Shown here: in pieces, positions 26,155 to 32,000 of the stretch | Position numbering within the stretch: the stretch's first letter is position 1 | How the letters are laid out: every line of letters starts with the position of its first letter | Source: Psychrobacter sp. DM4 | Lineage (GTDB): Bacteria > Pseudomonadota > Gammaproteobacteria > Pseudomonadales > Moraxellaceae | Length of the DNA stretch: 32,000 nucleotides | Direction: 5' to 3' | NCBI RefSeq assembly: GCF_051307035.1 | Contig: NZ_CP195536.1 | Span: 2,160,001-2,192,000 of the forward strand | Translations under genes and position numbers: made by a program | Notes under the pieces: generated by a model | Database searches by the model: none | What the model was told of the DNA's origin: nothing | What the model saw: the letters and a program-made list of their open reading frames with translations, nothing else

Positions 26155-26924
26155 AATGCTTCTTCCTTGAGGTATATGGAGTCGATATAGTTGATAAATG
26201 TCTATAGCCAGCAGTTTTAAACCAAAAAATAATGACGTCTTTATTACTCAAAATATTTTGCTTAAAAATACATATAGGCTGCAAATAAATTAATAGTCTG
26301 TAAGTGATTCTATTTGAATATAACAAAAAATCAACAACTTTATTCATATATCAATCAATTGTAATTTTTTATGTGTTTTTTTTAAATCTGGGTGAATAGC
26401 ATATATCCCTACTTAAGAGCAACTTAATAGATTCATAATAATTTTATGTATATATACTTAAACGAATATTAATATCTAATATTATAGATATAAGAATAAA
26501 TATATTTATTTTTTGATATATAACTTTTGACTTTATTTTTTACTACTATTACGACGCCCCTTTTAAGTAGCAGATGGTAATGCCTCTCACGCTGACTTTG
26601 CTAAGTTAATGGCGTCACTACCGTTGCTAGCGCAGTCCTAGGGTTCATCTGACATCAAGATAATACCGATATCTTTTATAACGACTTTTTAGGACATAAA
26701 TAAATAAGTCATATATCGTTTTATATTATTGATATATTCATTTTATTAAATATAGAGAGTAATAGAGAAGTTTTTTGAAGGCACAAGTAGCATTAGCCTT
26801 ATAGAATAAGACTAGGAAGGGAGATTAATTAGGAAGAGTGTTTTGGTCGCGGCGGAATAATAGAATTTTTAAACCAGCTTGTATCTGATAAATAAATGCC
26901 AAGCTATTGATGATTATAGAATAA
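26155..26924 (-). promoter_or_regulatory. 770-bp extremely AT-rich upstream region of the TAA gene
   Basis: No credible ORF is present. By my count 26401-26520 has 18 G+C in 120 nt. The region contains many A/T tracts (T8 at 26376-26383) and AT palindromes. It must contain the TAA promoter, but I could not pin down -35/-10 elements. Confidence 0.6.
26412..26428 (+). promoter_or_regulatory. PmrA-box-like direct repeat (CTTAAG-N5-CTTAAT) in the TAA upstream region
   Basis: The sequence is cttaag-agcaa-cttaat. It has the same plus-strand orientation as the other three boxes, which is inverted relative to the TAA gene. It lies 258-274 bp upstream of the TAA ATG. A degenerate copy, cttaaa-cgaat-attaat, lies at 26457-26473. 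Confidence 0.35.
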
Positions 26925-29135
26925 TTACAAAAGCGTTTTTACTTTATTAGTAAATTGAATAAGCGCCTGTTTGTAAGCTTTATCTGTGGTCGTTAATGTA
27001 CTTAGGCGTCCATAGCGCAATTGTCGATACTGTTGCATCACTTGGATCAAACAAGTAGACAACTCTTCGTTATTTTTAGAGTCTATTGTAAGTCGCTCAA
27101 GCCACGCTAATTGTCCTTCGTTATCGAAGCGTGCGAGTGTATTATCGCTTTTAGATAAACGCTGAGATAACTTAATGAGCGGCTGATCGGCAGGATGCCA
27201 GTGTTTACGCCTACGCTGCCAAATCATAAATATGATAATACTCATAATCAAGATAGCAATTGCTGCCATCCACATCACTTGTTGCATGACAGAAATAATG
27301 TTGAACCATTTGAGCAGTGAGCTGGCTTGACTATCCTGATCGTAGCCGACGATGTCCTTTTGCCAGTAGTAGCTTGCTTGATCGGATAAGCGCCGTAGGG
27401 ATTGGAGCATCTGATATTGCTGATAGCTAAGCTGAGCGCCCGCGCCATCACCGAACATCGCCACGCCTTGCGCCTGCGTTATCGCGTCCATACCTTGCTC
27501 GACGCGCTCTGGCGCTACAAATGCTGTTGGGTCGACTCGTACCCAGCCTTGACCTGCCAGCCAAACCTCTGTCCAAGCGTGCGCATCCATTTGCCGCACC
27601 TCCCAGACATCACCGCCGCGACTCAGCTCGCCGCCTTGGTAGCCTGCTACTACCCTAGCGGGAATACCCGCGGCGCGCAGCATAAAGGTAAAACTTGAAG
27701 AATAGTGCTCACAGAATCCAGCTTTGGTATCGAATAAGAATTCATCAATACGATTTTGACCCAGGCGCGGCGGTGCAAGCGTATAGCGAAATTCAGTCTG
27801 GTTGATCCAGCGCTCAATGGCAGTCATATATCGCTGCGGATCTGATCCTGCTTGTGCAAAAAGCTGCTTGGCAAGCGCGCGCGATTTAGGGTTGCCATCA
27901 CTTGGTAGCGCTAAATTGATACGTCGATCGTTATCACTCAACATAGGATCAATACGCATCGGCGCATAACGCAGCACATCATAGCGCAGCTGCTGAGTGA
28001 CAGGCTCATCTTTGAGTAAAGTAAAGTCAGAGGTGACAGCTGTATCTTGCTGCTGAGTAAAAGGATAATCGAGACCAAATAACCAACGCTGCTGGGTCGG
28101 CTCTAGGATAATCTCATAAGTGACAGGGGCTAATTTGGTGGCATCGGCAGCGGTAGCGAACGCATTCACCAGCCATGGCGGCATCTGCCGCGCGGATTCC
28201 CATTGCCACTGCTGACGACTTGGGTTGGGTCGCCAGGTAATACCATCAAAATCACTAAACACAAGGCCGCGCCAGTACAGATCTTCTTGCGGCGGACGTC
28301 CCTCTGCGAACTCCACGCGAAATGCCAGCGCCGTTGATTGACTTAAATTGGCAAAGTCGCCAGGCGACATACTGTCAGAGACACCCGTTGTTGCTTGTTG
28401 TCCTGAGAGTTGTACGGACCATAAAGGCGGCAGACGCGGGAAGAATAAAAACAGCACGACCAGTAGCGGTAATGCGCCGATGCCAAGCACGCCTAGAGTA
28501 CGCACACGACCATCGCCGCGCTGATTGCCATCATCGTTGAGCGCAATAAACGCCAATAAGACAGCGAGAGTACCTAGGATAACTTGTAGGGTTGTTAGTA
28601 GCCCTTGATCCATTAAGAACAGCGCAGCTAACACAAATAGCGATAGATTGAGTACTACATAAGCATCACGGCGCTTGTACAGCTCCCACAGCTTACTGAC
28701 CAAACACAGCACCAAAAATGCCACGCCCATATCAAGACCAAAAGCAGTGCTATAAGTTAGCCACAATCCTACCAGCCCTAATAAGAAGCCGAGCATTTGC
28801 ATGCCTTGATACAGGCGTTTAAAGTAACGAGTGCGACTAAACTTGGCTTTAACGCGCGGTAATTGAGCGATGATACTTAACACCGCAAATCCTATCAGCC
28901 ACAGCGGCAAATGCGCTACGTGTGGCAAGATGACGAATACTTGCGCGATTAATACCCAATAATAAGCAGGTAACGCTAATAGCTTACGATGCCACTTTTT
29001 TTTTACATCTAAGTTATCACTTGGATCGGTGCGGCGATACAGCTGACCTAGGGCTAATTGCTCAAAGCTAAGATAAGCGTCCTTAGTTGAGCTATCTTGC
29101 CCAGATATAGACTTATTGATAATTGTATTGGTCAT
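26925..29135 (-). CDS. tgpA: TgpA-like transglutaminase-domain membrane protein (DUF3488 + transglutaminase core + DUF4129-like tail)
   Basis: The N-terminal half has multiple TM helices. A Cys-His-Asp triad context is present (GFCEHYSSSF, DAHAWTEVW, VRVDPT), and a late TM segment is MWMAAIAILIMSIIIFMIW. The start overlaps the stop of the upstream DUF58 gene (ATGA at 29132-29135). Confidence 0.85.
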   Translation of the reverse strand: MTNTIINKSISGQDSSTKDAYLSFEQLALGQLYRRTDPSDNLDVKKKWHRKLLALPAYYWVLIAQVFVILPHVAHLPLWLIGFAVLSIIAQLPRVKAKFSRTRYFKRLYQGMQMLGFLLGLVGLWLTYSTAFGLDMGVAFLVLCLVSKLWELYKRRDAYVVLNLSLFVLAALFLMDQGLLTTLQVILGTLAVLLAFIALNDDGNQRGDGRVRTLGVLGIGALPLLVVLFLFFPRLPPLWSVQLSGQQATTGVSDSMSPGDFANLSQSTALAFRVEFAEGRPPQEDLYWRGLVFSDFDGITWRPNPSRQQWQWESARQMPPWLVNAFATAADATKLAPVTYEIILEPTQQRWLFGLDYPFTQQQDTAVTSDFTLLKDEPVTQQLRYDVLRYAPMRIDPMLSDNDRRINLALPSDGNPKSRALAKQLFAQAGSDPQRYMTAIERWINQTEFRYTLAPPRLGQNRIDEFLFDTKAGFCEHYSSSFTFMLRAAGIPARVVAGYQGGELSRGGDVWEVRQMDAHAWTEVWLAGQGWVRVDPTAFVAPERVEQGMDAITQAQGVAMFGDGAGAQLSYQQYQMLQSLRRLSDQASYYWQKDIVGYDQDSQASSLLKWFNIISVMQQVMWMAAIAILIMSIIIFMIWQRRRKHWHPADQPLIKLSQRLSKSDNTLARFDNEGQLAWLERLTIDSKNNEELSTCLIQVMQQYRQLRYGRLSTLTTTDKAYKQALIQFTNKVKTLL

Positions 29136-30160
29136 GGCGCTTTTGCCAACCTTAACAAGCAGGCTTGTGCAAAGGCGTCGCCTGCTCCGGTGCCCGTTTG
29201 TTGATTAGGATCAATAGACACCTCATTGGGCAGTTGCATCTCAAACGGTACGCCAAGTTGACCTAAAGTCAGCGCACCGTACGCCAGTTGCGCGAGCTTT
29301 TGTTCGTGGTTAGCCGCTGGCATATCGATATAATTTAGCGTTTGCTCGGCGCCAACAGGATCAGCGAAGTGCTTGGTAAACATGCCCTGCCCGCGCGCCA
29401 CGTGACCCCAAGAGACCCGTGCTAGCGACTCGCCTGCGATATAAGTATCCAGGCGATCAAAGTCATCTTGCCCTTGCACGTATTGCCCGCCTGCCTGTAA
29501 ATCGTCTTGAGTAACCGACAGATACTGCGCTTGCCAGTCAAAGGCTTGCGGCTTGGGATACACCCAAGCGCTACGTGCAAAATAGACGTAAGACCATGCG
29601 CGCATAATGCCCAGCGGGTAAGTAGTTTTGATGATAAGCCTTGGTAGCTCGAGCTGACCACGAGCATGAGTATAAATAGGCAGGCGTATGGTTTGCTCAC
29701 CGTCTACTCTAGCGATAAGCAATGGCTCTGTTGGTTGAGGCGCATTTGCGGCACTGCTTACTTGCTCAAAACCAAAGGCTAATTGACGTCTAGGCTGACG
29801 ACTCTCGCTATGCAGCTGCAACGTCGCCCATATAGGTTCGCCTACCTCGCTTGTGGTCACCTCAAGCAAGCGTATCTGTAATCCTGATATGTGCGCAAAG
29901 GTCACATGAAAGCTGATGAGCCAGACACTAATTAGATAAAAACACAGCCCCAGCACCAAATTATTGCCGTAATTAATACCGGCGATAAAGGTGATAAGCA
30001 GGAGCACCGCAAATAGCATCCCTTCGCGGTTAAAAAAGATATAGACATTACGCAGATTAAGCGTTGCGCTATCATTCTTTGGCGCACGCTTCGCAAACCA
30101 GCGGGTTGATGCGGTTTTAATTGGTGCAGTTAAGACGCGCGGCAAAAGACTCATAACCAC
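29132..30160 (-). CDS. DUF58-family protein (MoxR-associated)
   Basis: There are two N-terminal TM helices. The DUF58-type block is DDFDRLDTYIAGESLARVSWGHVARG. The gene sits between moxR and tgpA. GTG 30160 and ATG 30154 are both possible starts. Confidence 0.8.
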   Translation of the reverse strand: MVMSLLPRVLTAPIKTASTRWFAKRAPKNDSATLNLRNVYIFFNREGMLFAVLLLITFIAGINYGNNLVLGLCFYLISVWLISFHVTFAHISGLQIRLLEVTTSEVGEPIWATLQLHSESRQPRRQLAFGFEQVSSAANAPQPTEPLLIARVDGEQTIRLPIYTHARGQLELPRLIIKTTYPLGIMRAWSYVYFARSAWVYPKPQAFDWQAQYLSVTQDDLQAGGQYVQGQDDFDRLDTYIAGESLARVSWGHVARGQGMFTKHFADPVGAEQTLNYIDMPAANHEQKLAQLAYGALTLGQLGVPFEMQLPNEVSIDPNQQTGTGAGDAFAQACLLRLAKAP

Positions 30161-30181
30161 CTTTATCTAAACGTAAGCGTG

Positions 30182-31225
30182 CTAAACAATGACTGGCACT
30201 GCGGCCATGATGCGTTGCGAGAGGGTTTGCGGCGCTTGTCCACTGATGATATGGGCCGGAACAAAGCGCTGACCGAGCCTATGATCAGTGACGGCAGCAA
30301 ATACCGCTTGGATATCTTCAGGTGTGGTTTCGGTATGACCAGACACATAGGCATGTGCTTGTGCGGCGCGTTTAAGGGACAATACACCGCGCGGCGAGAG
30401 GCCATGATAGTCTTGACTGCTACGGGTTTTTGCGACCAAACGTTGCAAATAGTCGAGCACCGCATCTGCGACAAATACCTGCTCTACGCCAGCTTTAGCG
30501 AGTAGCACCGCCTCGGTATCAAGCACGGCGGCTAAGCTATTAAGAAGCTCGCGACGGTCTTGACCTTGTAGTAACGCTCTCTCTGCTTTTGGAGAGGGGT
30601 AACCCAAAGATAAGCACATCAAAAATCGATCCAGCTGTGATTCTGGTAGCGGATAGACGCCCGCTTGTTGTAAAGGGTTTTGTGTTGCAATCACAAAAAA
30701 TGGCTTGGGCAACGTATAAGTCTGACCGTCTTGGGTGACTTGACGCTCCTCCATGGCCTCAAGTAGCGCGCTTTGAGTCTTGGGGCTAGAGCGGTTGATC
30801 TCATCAGCGAGTAGCAATTGGGTAAAGATAGGACCGGGACGAAACTCAAAGCTGAGTTTGCTTTGATCATAGATGCTCATGCCCAAGATATCGGCAGGGA
30901 GCATATCGTTAGTGAACTGGACACGGCTAAAGCTCAAACCGAGTAATTGTGCGAGTCCCTGAGCGAGGGTCGTTTTGCCCATACCGGGCAAATCTTGCAA
31001 TAGCAAATGCCCACCTGCCAGCACGCAACTGAGTGCCAACTTGACCACTTGTGGTTTGTCCAATACCACTTGATTAAGCTGGTTAAGGAGGTGGGCTATG
31101 CGCTGCTGATTGCTAGCATAGTCGGGTATAACTTGATTTGCGGTATCAACGTCTATATTGGAAGTAGTCAAATGAGACCTTGCATTAGAAGTAGTAAACA
31201 GGCGACGGGCATGGCTTTGAGACAT
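30182..31225 (-). CDS. moxR: MoxR-family AAA+ ATPase
   Basis: Walker A is LPGMGKTT and Walker B is LLADEINR. The blocks FFVIATQNP and LPESQLDRF are typical of MoxR. It is the first gene of the moxR-DUF58-tgpA operon. Confidence 0.88.
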   Translation of the reverse strand: MSQSHARRLFTTSNARSHLTTSNIDVDTANQVIPDYASNQQRIAHLLNQLNQVVLDKPQVVKLALSCVLAGGHLLLQDLPGMGKTTLAQGLAQLLGLSFSRVQFTNDMLPADILGMSIYDQSKLSFEFRPGPIFTQLLLADEINRSSPKTQSALLEAMEERQVTQDGQTYTLPKPFFVIATQNPLQQAGVYPLPESQLDRFLMCLSLGYPSPKAERALLQGQDRRELLNSLAAVLDTEAVLLAKAGVEQVFVADAVLDYLQRLVAKTRSSQDYHGLSPRGVLSLKRAAQAHAYVSGHTETTPEDIQAVFAAVTDHRLGQRFVPAHIISGQAPQTLSQRIMAAVPVIV

Positions 31226-31351
31226 AGGGGATAATCAGCTTTATTATGAGGATATTTTTATAGCACTTTATTCATTGGAATAGAACAAGCGTCCTATGTT
31301 TTATCATACATTTATTTGATTTTGTAGCAATAATTGAGCCACATATACAAG

Positions 31352-31891
31352 CTATCCAAAATCTGCAGCAGGTTTATGCTCTGCGCCCTCTAGCACGTCA
31401 ACCGCATCGTTAGCGGGTTGCTCAACATTGTCATCGTCCTCGCTCGGAGTAGCTTTGTTTGCATCCGCGCGTAGGGTTGAGACATAAGCAATCACATCAG
31501 CGCGCTCCTTGCTATCTGGCATCGGATCAGCAAGCATTTTGGAGCCAGGCATCGCCTTTTCCGCATCAGCGATATAGGGATCTAAAGTGTCCGCATCCCA
31601 TATCCAGCCCGATACACTTAGCGCTTCACTATAATCATAATCTGATAGCTGCGCCGCCTTTGCACCATAAACATTCATAAGCTGCGGGCCTTTTTTGTTC
31701 AGACCTGGGGTCAGCTGATGGCACTGGGCGCAAGCGTCTTTGTATATCAGCGCACCTGCGACCGCGTCTCCTTTGGTATATAGCGGTAAAGTCACAGGTG
31801 CGCGCGAATCTGCAGGCGGCGTAGGCTCACAGCCGGCGAGTACTAACAGGGCAAGAATAGCCACGCCGAATTGGTGTATAGCAAAAGGCAT
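31352..31891 (-). CDS. Lipoprotein class I c-type cytochrome (cytochrome c2-like) with an acidic C-terminal tail
   Basis: The lipobox is LVLAGC and the heme motif is CAQCH. GPQLMNVYG and MPGSKM (the Met ligand) follow the mitochondrial/c2-type pattern. The C-terminal tail is rich in D/E. Confidence 0.82.
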   Translation of the reverse strand: MPFAIHQFGVAILALLVLAGCEPTPPADSRAPVTLPLYTKGDAVAGALIYKDACAQCHQLTPGLNKKGPQLMNVYGAKAAQLSDYDYSEALSVSGWIWDADTLDPYIADAEKAMPGSKMLADPMPDSKERADVIAYVSTLRADANKATPSEDDDNVEQPANDAVDVLEGAEHKPAADFG

Positions 31892-32000
31892 TATTTATAA
31901 TCTTTAAGTAGAGGGCTATAGATAAGTAGAGTGACTGGCATGAATCACTATACCTGATACAAATTATACCTAATACAACAAGCCACAACCTGTACAAATG

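Noticed and set aside
26144-26347. 67-aa minus-strand ORF overlapping the adhesin start codon.
   Set aside because: It lies in roughly 20% GC DNA where ORFs arise by chance. Its composition is low-complexity I/L/K/Y-rich, it has no Shine-Dalgarno, and it overlaps the adhesin's RBS and start.
26465-26483. AT palindrome AATATTA-ATATC-TAATATT in the adhesin upstream region, considered as a regulator site.
   Set aside because: Seven-bp A/T-only palindromes are expected by chance in DNA of this composition, and it has no supporting context.
30163-30505. ORFs of 103 aa (minus strand) and 108 aa (plus strand) overlapping the 3' end of moxR.
   Set aside because: They overlap a well-supported MoxR CDS and have no motifs. 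They are likely frame shadows in relatively GC-rich DNA.
1-32000. Mobile-element context for the MCR-like eptA or the adhesin (IS elements, integrases, tRNA-adjacent islands).
   Set aside because: No transposase or integrase ORF, terminal inverted repeat or tRNA gene is visible in the window. The AT-rich spacer alone is not evidence of horizontal transfer.

Overview
The window looks like a chromosomal segment from an AT-rich gammaproteobacterium. I infer Moraxellaceae, Psychrobacter/Moraxella-like, from gene content only; no search was run. I saw no rRNA or tRNA genes, no CRISPR array, and no transposase or integrase. Left to right: (1) A lipid A modification locus, eptA(pmrC)-pmrA-pmrB followed by dgkA and a PAP2 phosphatase. 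Three copies of a CTTAAY-N5-CTTAAY direct repeat (PmrA-box type) sit in its intergenic regions. (2) A putative periplasmic respiratory dehydrogenase cluster: AdhB-like triheme cytochrome c, a Tat-signal flavin amine-oxidase-fold protein and a monoheme cytochrome c lipoprotein, followed by a DUF411/CopG-like lipoprotein. (3) A umuC-umuD pair in the reverse of the classical order. (4) An acyl-CoA synthetase and a DUF45/YgjP-like hydrolase. (5) A 3479-aa trimeric autotransporter adhesin (TAA) with a downstream TpgA-like BamE+OmpA lipoprotein. About 64% of the TAA is a 666-bp (222-aa) tandem array of about 10 near-identical units. Its two variable sites reveal nested 2-unit and 4-unit duplications. 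(6) A 770-bp extremely AT-rich upstream region containing a fourth PmrA-type box. (7) A moxR-DUF58-tgpA operon and a lipoprotein cytochrome c2-like gene. The leads most worth follow-up are the PmrA-box network that may link polymyxin-type envelope remodelling to the giant adhesin, the hierarchical repeat structure of the adhesin, and the amine-oxidase-fold flavoprotein wired to cytochromes c. All homology calls rest on motif recognition by eye and need database confirmation.
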